DNA of 64,000 nucleotides from an uncultured Verrucomicrobiae bacterium (GCA_963762565.1 CAVXLD010000005.1:64001-128000); one strand, 5' to 3'; positions 10,317 through 20,479 are shown, numbered from the stretch's first letter. A program made the numbers and translations. The notes: generated by a model not told the origin, from the sequence alone.

Positions 10317-10391
10317 AAACGCCGAACGCCGAACGCCGAACGCCGAACGCCGAACGCCAAACGCCAAACGCCAAACGCCAAACACCAATCA
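10317..10391 (-). repeat. Heptamer array TGATTGG-TGTTTGG-(CGTTTGG)n-(CGTTCGG)n starting at the RND stop codon
   Basis: On + reads (gccgaac)n(gccaaac)n accaatca. The TCA at 10389-10391 is the RND stop. Confidence 0.9.
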
Positions 10392-13300
10392 CTTCTCCAC
10401 CCCGGCCATCTGCTCTTCCTCGTCGAGGGTATCGTTGTCCTGTTCCCGGCCGCGGTCTGTTGCTTTCTTCCTACCAATCCTGCCTCCAAACAGCTTCATC
10501 AGAATGGAGAAAAAGATCGGCGTGAATAGCACGCCAAAGAACGTCACCCCAATCATTCCGGCAAACACGGCGGTCCCGAGCGCCTGATCCATCTCAGCAC
10601 CTGCTCCGACAGCGACAACCAGTGGTAACACCCCGAGGATGAATGCGAACGAGGTCATGAGAATCGGACGCAAGCGGAGCCGGGCGGCTTCCGCCGCTGC
10701 TTCGAATCGATCTTTGCCCGAGTCAATTTGTTGGCGCGCGAATTCGACGATCAGAATGGCGTTCTTACAGGCTAAACCAACCAACACCACAAACCCGATC
10801 TGGGTGAAAATATTGTTGTCCTGACCGCGTAGATAAACGCCGGTCATCGCCGATAAGAGGCACATCGGAACAATGAGAATAACGGCCAATGGCAGAGACC
10901 AACTTTCATACTGCGCAGCTAATGCTAAAAACACGAAGAGGACGCAAAGGGGAAAGATGAAGACAGCGGTGTTGCCTTCGCTGACTTCTTGGAAAGTCAA
11001 TTGGGTCCATTCGTAACTGAATTGGCTCGGTAAAGTTTGCCGGCAAATCCGCTCCATCTTCTCGATCACTTGCCCAGAACTAATGCCTGGCGCAGCGGCG
11101 CCCTGAATCAGGGCGGCAGGATATACATTGTAGTGGCCGACGGTATCAGGACCGTTGATCTGCTGAACATCCAACAGACTTCCCAGCGGCACCATACCGC
11201 CCGAGTTATTGCGCGTATACATCCTTCGGATTTGATCTGCGCTTTTCCGGAAATCGGCATCCGCTTGCACGTTTACCTGATAGGTACGGCCCAGGAAGTT
11301 GAAGTCGTTGACATAGTTAGCGCCCAGATAGCTTTGTAGCGTGTCAAAGACCGAACTGATCGGAACGTCCAGGGTCTGCACTTTCTCTCGGTCGATGTTA
11401 AGAAAGAGCTGCGGTACCTGCGAACGATAAGTGGTGAAGACGCCGGCTAATCCAGGCTCTGCATTCGCGGCAGTCACCACCGCATCGGTGGCCTCTTGCA
11501 AGGCGTTTAAACCAGCGTTTCTGCGATCTTCAATCTCCAACTGAAAGCCGCCGGCATTGCCCAGTCCTTGAACCGACGGAGGTTGAATCGCGATCACGAA
11601 CGCATCCTGTATTGAGCTGAAGGCGCCCTGTAACTTTTTGACGATCGCGCTGGCCATCTGCTCCGGATGTCCAATCCGTTCGCTGAACGGCTTCAATGGG
11701 AAGAACACAGTCAAAGCGTTAGATTTGGTTGTGTTATCTAAGATAGACAGACCTTCGATCGCAAAAGTCAGCTCTACGCCAGGCATGCCATTCGCGATCT
11801 CTCCGATCCGGCGCATCACGGCGTCGTTTCGTTGCAGGGAAGCGCCGTCTGGCAGTTGGGCAAATACGATGAGATAGCCTTGGTCCATCGTCGGGATGAA
11901 CCCGCCCGGTACGGTCTTGAACAAGGTTCCCGTCAGGAAGATCAACCCGAGGTAGACGGCCAATGCCAATCCGCTGACCCGAAGCAGTCGCCGGACAATT
12001 TTTCCGTAAGCGTTAATTCCGGCGTCGAAGGTTCGATTGAACAATCGAAAGAACCAGCCCAGCAGGGTGTCAATCACTCGAGTCAGCAGATCTTTTTTGA
12101 CATGACCGGGTTTGATCAACATGGCGGCCAAAGCCGGACTTAAGGTGAGAGAATTAAATGCAGAAATGAGTGTGGCGATCGCAATCGTCAATGCGAACTG
12201 CCGATAAAATTGGCCACTGATTCCGCTGACCAAGGCGGTCGGCACAAAGACCGCCGTCAAGACAACCGCGATGGAGATAATCGCAGCACCGACCTCATCC
12301 ATCGCTTTTCTGGTTGCTTCCTTTGGTGAAAAACCGTGCTCGATCCAGCGTTCCACGTTTTCCACCACCACAATGGCGTCATCGACCACGATCCCGATCG
12401 CCAGGACTAATCCGAAGAGCGAAAGAGAATTCAGCGAGAAGCCCATTGCCAGCATAACGGCCAACGTCCCGATCAAGGACACCGGAACTGCGATCAAAGG
12501 AATTAAGGCGATTCTCCACGATTGCAGGAATACCATGACGACGATCACCACGAGAATAATGGCGTCTCGTAGAGTCTCGTAGACAGCATCGATTGATTGC
12601 TGAGTGAAAAGGGTTGGATCGTAGGGAATCGAGTACTCCATTCCGGCCGGGAACGACTTGGCCATTTCCGCGATCGACTGTTTCACGAGCGCTGCCGTTT
12701 TCAGCTCGTTGGATCCAGGCAACTGAAAAATACCAATACCAATCGCCGGGATCGTGCCATTTTCGTAAGTGCTGCTGGTATAGGCTTCTCCGCCTAGCTC
12801 AATCCGGGCGACGTCACCGAGGTATACCAACTGCCCGTTACTTCCTCGTTTCAAAGTGATCTTGGAAAATTGCGCCGGAGTAACTAAACGACCCTTGGCG
12901 TTTAAGATTACCTGAAACTCTGTCTTAGGATTGGCGGGTTCAGCGCCGACCGCACCGGGTGCAACCTGAACGTTCTGCGCCTGGATCGCATTGACCACAT
13001 CATCAGTGGTCAAGCCGCGAGAGTACATCAAGTCCGGATTTAACCAGATCCGCATGCTGTAAGGTTGCGCGCCAAACACCTGAACATTGCCGACTCCCGG
13101 AAGTCTTTTGAGCGTATCCAAAAGCTGGGTGTAGGCGTAGTTACTTAAGTAAAGAGGGCTGTACGTGTTGCTCTTCGATGTCAACCCGATAGCCATTAAA
13201 ATGTTGGGCGATTGTTTCTGGACGGTGACGCCGATATTTCTTACCTCCGCGGGCAATTGCGGCTCCGCGATCTGGACCCGGTTTTGGACCAGGACTTGCG

Positions 13301-13613
13301 CGATGTTAGGATCGGTTCCTAACTTGAACGTCACGGTGAGCTGCATCGTTCCGTCCATCGCGGAAACGGAAGACATGTAGAGCATGTTCTCTACACCGTT
13401 CACTTGTTGCTCGATCGGCTGCGCTACTTCCTCGGCCAATGTCTTTGGATCCGCCCCCGGATATTGGGCCTCAACCACCACAGTCGGGGGCGCAATCTCA
13501 GGGTATTGGGCCACGGGCAATACCGTGTAAGCGATCGCCCCCAGCAACACCGTGACGATCGAAATGACAATGGCGAAGATAGGCCTATCAATAAAAAAAT
13601 GAGACAGCTTCAT
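10389..13613 (-). CDS. RND efflux permease subunit (HAE1, AcrB/MexF-like)
   Basis: FFIDRPIFA, AIGIVVDDAIVVVENVER and RLRPILMTS; 1074 aa. Confidence 0.97.
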   Translation of the reverse strand: MKLSHFFIDRPIFAIVISIVTVLLGAIAYTVLPVAQYPEIAPPTVVVEAQYPGADPKTLAEEVAQPIEQQVNGVENMLYMSSVSAMDGTMQLTVTFKLGTDPNIAQVLVQNRVQIAEPQLPAEVRNIGVTVQKQSPNILMAIGLTSKSNTYSPLYLSNYAYTQLLDTLKRLPGVGNVQVFGAQPYSMRIWLNPDLMYSRGLTTDDVVNAIQAQNVQVAPGAVGAEPANPKTEFQVILNAKGRLVTPAQFSKITLKRGSNGQLVYLGDVARIELGGEAYTSSTYENGTIPAIGIGIFQLPGSNELKTAALVKQSIAEMAKSFPAGMEYSIPYDPTLFTQQSIDAVYETLRDAIILVVIVVMVFLQSWRIALIPLIAVPVSLIGTLAVMLAMGFSLNSLSLFGLVLAIGIVVDDAIVVVENVERWIEHGFSPKEATRKAMDEVGAAIISIAVVLTAVFVPTALVSGISGQFYRQFALTIAIATLISAFNSLTLSPALAAMLIKPGHVKKDLLTRVIDTLLGWFFRLFNRTFDAGINAYGKIVRRLLRVSGLALAVYLGLIFLTGTLFKTVPGGFIPTMDQGYLIVFAQLPDGASLQRNDAVMRRIGEIANGMPGVELTFAIEGLSILDNTTKSNALTVFFPLKPFSERIGHPEQMASAIVKKLQGAFSSIQDAFVIAIQPPSVQGLGNAGGFQLEIEDRRNAGLNALQEATDAVVTAANAEPGLAGVFTTYRSQVPQLFLNIDREKVQTLDVPISSVFDTLQSYLGANYVNDFNFLGRTYQVNVQADADFRKSADQIRRMYTRNNSGGMVPLGSLLDVQQINGPDTVGHYNVYPAALIQGAAAPGISSGQVIEKMERICRQTLPSQFSYEWTQLTFQEVSEGNTAVFIFPLCVLFVFLALAAQYESWSLPLAVILIVPMCLLSAMTGVYLRGQDNNIFTQIGFVVLVGLACKNAILIVEFARQQIDSGKDRFEAAAEAARLRLRPILMTSFAFILGVLPLVVAVGAGAEMDQALGTAVFAGMIGVTFFGVLFTPIFFSILMKLFGGRIGRKKATDRGREQDNDTLDEEEQMAGVEK

Positions 13614-13628
13614 CCCTGTTCTCCGTGC

Positions 13629-14855
13629 TTAGCGACTGGCGGTGTTTACGCTTCCGCCGCCGGTTGACGCGTTTCTTTTTGTGACCGTTGACGGGAAGGT
13701 GCCTTCGTTGGTGGCAAATTGCTCCATTGTACCGTTCTGCGGTTTCACTGGACTGTTCGGCCGAACTTTTATAATTCCGTTAATCACGACTACGTCATCC
13801 GGCTGGAGCCCGCTTTTTACTACCCGCAGGCCGTCTGCCATTGGTCCGATGCTCACGTGACGCAACTGAGCGATATTCTTGGAATCAATTACGTAGACAA
13901 AGTTCTGGTCTTGATCCGTACCCACCGCGCGGTCCGCTACCAGAAGCGCCTCGTATTTCGGGCTCGAGGCAATCCGGATGCGAACAAAGTTACCGGGTTT
14001 CAAGAAACCGTCATGATTCGAGAACGAAGCTCGGATGAGCAAGGTACCAGTGGTTGGATCATACGCATTGTCGGCGAAATTAACCGTTCCCTCATGCGGA
14101 AAGCCGGTCTCATCCTGTAACTGCAGGTAGACCACGGCTTGGCCATCGCTGGTACTGGCCAGTTTCCCCTCCCGCACCAGGCGCTGATAACCAAGTGCCG
14201 CTAATTCGTCCATGCTGAAATAGGCGTAAATCGGATCAATACTCACAATCGTGGTCAACTGTGTAGAATCGGCTTGGACCAAGTTGCCGATATTGACCAG
14301 TTGTCGGCTGACCCGGCCGTCAATCGGGGAAGTCACTCGGGTGAATTCAAGGTTGAGCTGCGCAGCATTGACGGAGGCTTGCGCGGAGATCACCTGGGCG
14401 GCCGCCTGATTCTTGTTCGACAACGCAGTATCGTAATCTTCCTTGGCGATGACGTTGGTCTGCTGCAGGCGGGCTTGTCTTTCGTAGGTTACTTCCTGCA
14501 GTTGTTGATTGGCTTGAGCCTGTTTCAATTGGCCGACCGCCTGATCGTAAACATCTTGATAGGGTCGGGGATCGATTTGATACAGCAAATCGCCCTTGTG
14601 GACCATGTCACCTTCTTTGAAAGGGATATTGACAATGTAGCCACTGACGCGGGCAGTGACATTCACCAGATTCACGGCGGCGGTTCTTCCGGTGAACTCG
14701 TTCCAATCGACGATCTCTTTGCGGACTGGCTTGCTGACGGTAACGCCGGCAGGGGGAAAGGACGGCGCGGCCGGGGGTGATTGGTTGCAGCCGGCGAGGG
14801 CCGCTATGAAAATGGCTAAAGCCAGTAAACGTGTTGTCATGAAGCTCCTTTTCAT
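13629..14855 (-). CDS. RND membrane fusion protein (MexE/AcrA-like lipoprotein)
   Basis: Lipobox LAGC; ARVSGYI and SPIDGRVSR. True start may be the ATG at 14840. Confidence 0.95.
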   Translation of the reverse strand: MKRSFMTTRLLALAIFIAALAGCNQSPPAAPSFPPAGVTVSKPVRKEIVDWNEFTGRTAAVNLVNVTARVSGYIVNIPFKEGDMVHKGDLLYQIDPRPYQDVYDQAVGQLKQAQANQQLQEVTYERQARLQQTNVIAKEDYDTALSNKNQAAAQVISAQASVNAAQLNLEFTRVTSPIDGRVSRQLVNIGNLVQADSTQLTTIVSIDPIYAYFSMDELAALGYQRLVREGKLASTSDGQAVVYLQLQDETGFPHEGTVNFADNAYDPTTGTLLIRASFSNHDGFLKPGNFVRIRIASSPKYEALLVADRAVGTDQDQNFVYVIDSKNIAQLRHVSIGPMADGLRVVKSGLQPDDVVVINGIIKVRPNSPVKPQNGTMEQFATNEGTFPSTVTKRNASTGGGSVNTASR

Positions 14856-14990
14856 TTACCTATCCTAAGAAAGACCTTTGGTTACTTGAGACCTTTATGA
14901 TGCTTAGTCACTATTTGCAAGAAGGCACCTAATAGAGAGTAGGTTACCTTTATGATACTAAGTATTGTTTTCGCCTAATTTTTAGCTATA

Positions 14991-15437
14991 GTGATGACCG
15001 ACGGGCAAATGACTGCTTCCACTGGCATAACTCGAACAAAACCAATGACCTGCGATCGAGCCGCGTTTAATGACCGTTTCTGTCCCGCTCGATTGATCCT
15101 GGATCATTTAGCCGACAAATGGGCGGTGTTGATCGTAGTCCGCCTGGCGTCTGGAACGATGCGTTTCGCTGAGCTCCGGCGAGCCATCGACGGCATCAGC
15201 CAGAAAATGTTGACCGTTACCCTGCGCGACCTGGAACGAGATGGAGTGGTCGTTCGCAAGCTGTATGCCAGCGTACCGCCCAAGGTGGAGTATACGCTAA
15301 CCCCGCTCGGCGTCTCCCTTGGCGATAAGGTGAGCGAATTATGCGCCTGGGCCGAAGCCCACAGCGCTGAGGTTGAAAAAGCGCGTGAACGGTTTGATAG
15401 GCGGAACGGGGCGCCGCTACGCGGCGATGACAAATAG
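14991..15437 (+). CDS. HxlR-family winged-helix regulator
   Basis: CP...LDHLADKW, GISQKMLT, VPPKVEYTLTPLG. Divergent from the efflux operon; start uncertain. Confidence 0.93.
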   Translation: MMTDGQMTASTGITRTKPMTCDRAAFNDRFCPARLILDHLADKWAVLIVVRLASGTMRFAELRRAIDGISQKMLTVTLRDLERDGVVVRKLYASVPPKVEYTLTPLGVSLGDKVSELCAWAEAHSAEVEKARERFDRRNGAPLRGDDK

Positions 15438-15654
15438 CAAATAGCAGATAGCGAATTGATTGTGGGCGTGGGGGCGCCGTTGCCCATGAGCGTGCGACGC
15501 CCATAAGCTCGGTCGGGCGTCGGTGTAAAGGTGTAAGGCAGGACGGCAATTGTCACGAGGGAAACATACCGTGCAGCAGGAGCTCCTCTCTCGGGTTTTT
15601 GCGCAGCTTGTCGGGTTCTTGCGGAAAAGGTGGTCTTGCGCGGACCCGTTGGCC

Positions 15655-15838
15655 GGGAGGGATCGCGTCCTCGCGATCCGTTGTTACCGAAGCCGCGGAC
15701 GTGTTGTCATTGTGGGCAAAAACATACCTTTTAGTTGTGGCACGTCCTCGCGGCGCGCGGGGATCCGACGTCGCCCCTTTGGGAGAAAAATCGATCGGAT
15801 GCCTTAGGCTATGTCGGGACAGGCAGCGCGCCCTCCCC
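15655..15838. repeat. GGGAGGG...CCCTCCC REPIN-like element
   Basis: Arm gggagggatcgcgtcctcgcgatcc and closing arm gcgcgccctcccc. Related copies at 20070, 20776, 24144, 28329, 29529, 38364, 51819 and 62062. Confidence 0.85.
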
Positions 15839-15980
15839 GATTTGCAACCTACGACCGCGCGAGATTGGGATGCTTTTCGGGAGCGCCCCTCCGGCTGGGC
15901 GCTGCGACCACTTTTCACCTTTCACCTTTCACTTTTCACCCTTCAGGCTTTCCCTACCTTGGCGTGACATTGAATCACCT

Positions 15981-17705
15981 ATGGACTTCGCTAGATGGAC
16001 TCTGATTTCAGCCCTCATTTCGCTCTCTGCGATCGACCTAGTCCAAGCCCAGGCTGCCGATGGCGATGTTGGCCACGGGAAGGCGCTATTTCAGCAGAAC
16101 TGTTCGCTTTGTCATGCTGATACCGCTGGCCCGGGAACGGTTGCCAAAGAAGGGCCGAGCCTCGTCGGTGTGTTTGGGAGACGCGCTGCGTCCGGGCCAA
16201 ATTTCAATTACACGAAATCGCTGAAAGAATCTGGGGTCAATTGGGATGCATCGACTTTGGACCGGTTTCTGACGAACCCGACCACTATGGTTCCGGGGAC
16301 GACGATGGCGATGATCGTTGCTAACCGTGCAGATCGTGCGGATGTGATTCGTTATCTATCGAGCTTAAAAGCTCCTGCTGAAGTTGCCGTTGCTCAACCG
16401 ACCCCTGCGCCTCTCCGAAATAAAAACGATCCGGGCGACTGGCGTAATGCTGCACCTGGCGTCAGACATCACATCACCTTGGCCGACTTGCCTCCGCCTT
16501 ATGGCACCGGGTCTGCTGGAAACGGTCCGGATGTCGTGAGACAACCTGCCAATGCCAGATTATCCGTTCCCAACGGCTTCACGGTTCGGTTGTTTGCAGC
16601 CGGCTTTTCTAATCCTCGCCTGATTAGGGTCGCGCCTAACGGGGACATCTTTATTGCCGAGACCAGCCGGAATCGGATACGCGTGTTACGGGCGCCGGAT
16701 GGAGCGTGGGCTCCTTCGATCAATCAAATTTTTGTGGAAGGATTGGACCGGCCGTTCGGGATCGCTTTCTATCCGTCGAACTCCAATCCGGAATGGATCT
16801 ACATCGCCAACAACAATTCAGTTGTCCGTTTCCGTTATCAGAATGGCGATCTTAAGGCACGCGATGGCGCTCAGGTCATCGTGCCCAGGCTCTCGGACAG
16901 CCACGGCGGACATACCACCCGCGACATCGCCTTTTCGCTGGATGATAAACGGATGTTTGTTTCGGTCGGTTCGGGATCAAATGTCGCCGAAGGGATGGGC
17001 AGAAAAAGCAGCGATGCGATTCATAGTTGGGAAAGTGAGCATGGACGAGGAGCAGCTTGGGATGGCGAAACGAATCGAGCCGATATCCTGGTAACAGATC
17101 CCGAAGGCCATGAACCGCTCCATACTTTTGCCACCGGTATACGGAACGGAGTAGGGCTGGCTGTCGATCCGCAGACCGGTCAATTGTGGGTTTCTACGAA
17201 CGAGCGGGATTCGCTGGGCGATGATTTGGTGCCGGATTATGTCACTCGGGTAAAGGAAGGAGGGTTTTATGGCTGGCCTTGGTACTATATGGGAAACCAT
17301 GAAGACCCTCGCCATGCGGGCGAGCGTCCGGATCTCGCCGGCCAGGTTATCGTCCCTGATGTGCTGCTCCAGTCTCACTCGGCCTCACTTGAAATGGTTT
17401 TTTACACCGCAACCAAAGGGGTAGCGGCTTTCCCTGCTGAATACCACGGTGATGTTTTTGCTGCTTTCCATGGTTCATGGAACCGGAGTGTCCGCACCGG
17501 TTACAAGGTCGTCCGGGTCCGAGTCAGTCACGGCGTTCCCACTGGCGAGTACGACGATTTTCTGACCGGCTTCGTCGTAAACGACAATAGCGTCTGGGGC
17601 AGGCCGGTCGGAGTCGCCGTAGCTCACGATGGCGCTCTTCTCGTAACCGAAGACGGGAATGGGACGGTGTGGCGAGTGGCGTTTGCTGGGAGCAGTGAGA
17701 AGTGA
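15981..17705 (+). CDS. Secreted cytochrome c fused to a PQQ-type sorbosone/glucose dehydrogenase beta-propeller
   Basis: Signal peptide, class I cyt c (CSLCH, GPSLVGV, PGTTM), then propeller motifs GIRNGVG, NERDSLGDDLVPDY, HGSWNR and GRPVGV. ATG 15981 preferred because the upstream ORF extension is repeat-derived. Confidence 0.9.
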   Translation: MDFARWTLISALISLSAIDLVQAQAADGDVGHGKALFQQNCSLCHADTAGPGTVAKEGPSLVGVFGRRAASGPNFNYTKSLKESGVNWDASTLDRFLTNPTTMVPGTTMAMIVANRADRADVIRYLSSLKAPAEVAVAQPTPAPLRNKNDPGDWRNAAPGVRHHITLADLPPPYGTGSAGNGPDVVRQPANARLSVPNGFTVRLFAAGFSNPRLIRVAPNGDIFIAETSRNRIRVLRAPDGAWAPSINQIFVEGLDRPFGIAFYPSNSNPEWIYIANNNSVVRFRYQNGDLKARDGAQVIVPRLSDSHGGHTTRDIAFSLDDKRMFVSVGSGSNVAEGMGRKSSDAIHSWESEHGRGAAWDGETNRADILVTDPEGHEPLHTFATGIRNGVGLAVDPQTGQLWVSTNERDSLGDDLVPDYVTRVKEGGFYGWPWYYMGNHEDPRHAGERPDLAGQVIVPDVLLQSHSASLEMVFYTATKGVAAFPAEYHGDVFAAFHGSWNRSVRTGYKVVRVRVSHGVPTGEYDDFLTGFVVNDNSVWGRPVGVAVAHDGALLVTEDGNGTVWRVAFAGSSEK

Positions 17706-17744
17706 GAAGTGAAAGGTGAGAGGTGATTGGTGATTGGTGATTGG
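17696..17744 (+). repeat. Heptamer array TGAGAAG/TGAAAGG/TGAGAGG/TGATTGG overlapping the stop codon
   Basis: 7 units in register; the gene stop at 17703-17705 begins unit 2. Confidence 0.9.
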
Positions 17745-17855
17745 TCGCCCTCGTACTCGTGCTCGAATGGACGCGTTTCGCTGAGTTTTGCGCAGTATAT
17801 TGTAGCAAAGCGGATTGCATTGTACATTCTGTAGTGTAGTCTCACGGCGTTGTGA

Positions 17856-18449
17856 ATGAATAGGCACCGCCGTCGACCGTTGAGGCTCCAGCTAAGGGCT
17901 CCCAGACAAAGACTTGGTTATCGGAGTTCGCCAAAGGTTTCTCTTAAAATAATCCTGGCAGGGGTGTTGTTGGCGTTGATTATGGCGGCCGCACTTGGAT
18001 TTGCGGCAGTCGCTTTGATGAAAAGCGCGCGAATGAAACATCAGGCACATGCGCCTAGCCCCTCGCCGAGCCCGACAGCGTTAATTGCGGGAACGGTGAA
18101 TCCGGTAGCCACAACTATCGCCTCGCCGCCGATACCATCGGTTTCAGCCAGACCGGTGCCGTCAGTTTCGGCCAGACCGACGCCTTCTGTGTTTGTTACA
18201 CCGGTTTCGCGACCCACGGCGGCGGTCAAGGATCGAGTCCCGCAAGAAGCGAAAACGCCTTCGGAAGCAGCCCGCAAATCAGCGGAACAAAGACGTCGAG
18301 AAGCCGAACGAAAAAGAGCTCGTCTCGAGGCTCAATATAAGAATCACCAGATTTCCGATGAGGCGTATAAGCAGGGCCAGCAGGAATACCAAGCGGAGAT
18401 GGCAAAGTATCACAGCGTCGTGGCCGCCAGCCACTCGCCGAGCGATTAG
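17856..18449 (+). CDS. Hypothetical single-pass membrane protein with Pro/Ser-rich linker and C-terminal helical region
   Basis: Basic N-terminus, one TM (IILAGVLL...AAVAL), PSVSARP repeats and a charged coiled-coil-like tail. Confidence 0.65.
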   Translation: MNRHRRRPLRLQLRAPRQRLGYRSSPKVSLKIILAGVLLALIMAAALGFAAVALMKSARMKHQAHAPSPSPSPTALIAGTVNPVATTIASPPIPSVSARPVPSVSARPTPSVFVTPVSRPTAAVKDRVPQEAKTPSEAARKSAEQRRREAERKRARLEAQYKNHQISDEAYKQGQQEYQAEMAKYHSVVAASHSPSD

Positions 18450-18781
18450 CGGCTTCTCACACGCCGGGAATAACGATCGCCCGGCACGGGGGAGGCCTCT
18501 AGAACAAATCGCGCCGTCGGCGCACTTATGGGAGCTTCTCATCGGAGACGCTCTCGGCCGTCGATCAGGGTGAGGGTCTGGCCGGTGTTGAATGGGACAA
18601 GATTCGCGGGTGGTAGCGGAATACGGCGCTACGCCGGCCACAGCCTGACACGTAATCCTCATTTCGGAAGCAGCTTGAGGCCAAAGGAGTCGATTGGGTG
18701 GAAAAGGTCGCCGCTGAGGCATTTATTTCAGATTTCCATCAAGAACTTTTCGGTTATCGTCGTCTAACTAGATCATAGATC

Positions 18782-19918
18782 ATGAAAACGACGTGGATAT
18801 TAGCGTTCGGTGTCGCGATCTGTATCAGCATCGCGAATCTCGGATCGGCTCATGGAGGGGGTGGCGGAGGAGGTGGGAGCGGCAACGGCGGTGGTGGTGG
18901 CCAGGGCGGCGGCGGTGGTCCGGGCAGTTCTGGGAGCCACGGCGCCTCTAGTCACGGCGGTATGAGCTTCGGGCATAGTAGCACTGTGGCCAGCATAAAC
19001 TCTCATTCGCATTTCGGGCACGCTCGAACCGCTAGCCATGCAGCGAGAACTTCGTTATCGCACCACCAGACCAGGTCCTCCCATCATTCGACTCGATTCG
19101 CTGAGACGAAACACCGGGGAAAGGCCGCTGTCGACAGAATTACCGACCATGAGCAGAAAGCCGATCAACACGAAAAGGTCGCCGTGGATAGAATCACCGA
19201 CCACGAGCAGAAAGCTGATCAACACGAAAAGGCCGCTCTAGACAATGTTGCCGACCACGAGCAGAAAGCCGATCAACACGAAAAAGTTGCTGTGGATAGA
19301 ATTACCGACCACGAGCAGAAAGCTGATCAACACGAAAAAGTTGCCGTGGATAGAATTACCGACCACGAGCAGAAAGCTGATCAACACGAAAAAGTTGCCG
19401 TGGATAGAATTACCGACCACGAGCAGAAAGCCGATCAACACGAAAAGGTCGCCGTGGATAGAATTACCGACCATGAGCAGAAGGATGATAAACAAGAAAA
19501 GGAAGCTGTGGATAGAATTACAGACCATGAGCAGAAAGCTGATCAACACGAAAAGGCCGCTCTAGACAATGTTGCCGACCACGAGCAGAAAGCTGATCAA
19601 CACGAAAAAGTTGCCGTGGATAGAATTACCGACCACGAGCAGAAAGCCGACCAACACGAAAAGGCCGCCGTGGATAGAATTACCGACCACGAGCAGAAAG
19701 CCGATCAACACGAAAAGGTCGCCGTGGATAGAATTACCGACCATGAGCAGAAAGCTGATCAACACGAAAAGGCCGCTCTAGATAGAATCACCGACCACGA
19801 GCAGAAAGCCGACCAACACGAAAAGGCCGCCGTGGATAGAATTACCGACCACGAGCAGAAAGCCGACCAGCGTGAAAAGGCCGCTGTGGACAGAATTGCC
19901 GACCATGAGCAGCAGTGA
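18782..19918 (+). CDS. Secreted Gly/His-rich protein with 14.7 tandem 18-aa repeats
   Basis: Signal peptide, poly-Gly, His/Ser-rich linker, then repeats of KVAVDRITDHEQKADQHE. Repeat variation is mostly at third codon positions, which supports coding. Confidence 0.85.
   Translation: MKTTWILAFGVAICISIANLGSAHGGGGGGGGSGNGGGGGQGGGGGPGSSGSHGASSHGGMSFGHSSTVASINSHSHFGHARTASHAARTSLSHHQTRSSHHSTRFAETKHRGKAAVDRITDHEQKADQHEKVAVDRITDHEQKADQHEKAALDNVADHEQKADQHEKVAVDRITDHEQKADQHEKVAVDRITDHEQKADQHEKVAVDRITDHEQKADQHEKVAVDRITDHEQKDDKQEKEAVDRITDHEQKADQHEKAALDNVADHEQKADQHEKVAVDRITDHEQKADQHEKAAVDRITDHEQKADQHEKVAVDRITDHEQKADQHEKAALDRITDHEQKADQHEKAAVDRITDHEQKADQREKAAVDRIADHEQQ
19121..19915 (+). repeat. 54-nt coding tandem repeat (14 full copies + 1 partial)
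   Basis: gccgtggatagaattaccgaccacgagcagaaagctgatcaacacgaaaa recurs every 54 nt. Confidence 0.95.
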
Positions 19919-20134
19919 TCAGAGTGTGACGAGGTCCTGGGAATAGGAGAAAGCGGAAGGCAGCGGTGGCAGTTGCTGGAGCGGTAGGCGGTGCCCAGAT
20001 GTGAGCACCGCTCACAACGAAACGTGGGTAGCGGTAGGCGCCGGCCTTCTGCTGAACTAGTCACATCTTGGGGAGGGCGCGGCCTCCCGGACAGCTAGCC
20101 TCAAGGCATCCGATCGATTTTTCTCCCAACGGGG

Positions 20135-20407
20135 TGTATAGGCCCGAGAACGCGCCGAGCGATGGTGCCACGGTGGGTTTTGTACAAACTCATACACGGA
20201 AAGCGCTTTGGCCCGGGGTGCAAGATCACCCAGGGCGTAGTCCGGGATCAAAATGATCGGAACGCTACTTCCCGTGGCGCGCAGTCGTTCCGCAACGTCG
20301 AACCCGCTGCCGTCGCACACCCAGGTGATCCGGGATATAAGCGGCGTTGCGATCAAAATAGGCGCCGGCAAGGCGGTGCGAGCCGCACTGGCAGTAAGAA
20401 GGAGCAT
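20135..20407 (-). pseudogene. Degenerate response-regulator receiver domain remnant
   Basis: DGSGFDVAERLR...VPIILI...YEFVQNP resembles the receiver beta3-beta5 region with the conserved D/T/K altered. The 3' end runs into a REP-like element at 20070-20134. Confidence 0.5.
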
Positions 20408-20479
20408 CTCTGGATGTTATACGTGATCTGTCTTTCCTTGGCGTCTTCGCGGCTTTGCGTGAGATTTTCTTCGGCCGAT

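Noticed and set aside
14880..14965. Direct repeat acctttatgat(g/a)ct(t/a)agt as an HxlR operator
   Set aside because: Plausible position, but only two imperfect copies and no clear palindrome; insufficient support.
15735..15980. 82-aa N-terminal extension of the cyt c-dehydrogenase ORF
   Set aside because: Translates a REPIN and a heptamer array; the signal peptide begins at ATG 15981.
19121..19915. Regular 54-nt repeats resembling a CRISPR array
   Set aside because: No unique spacers; the repeats are contiguous, in frame and vary mainly at synonymous positions; no cas genes.
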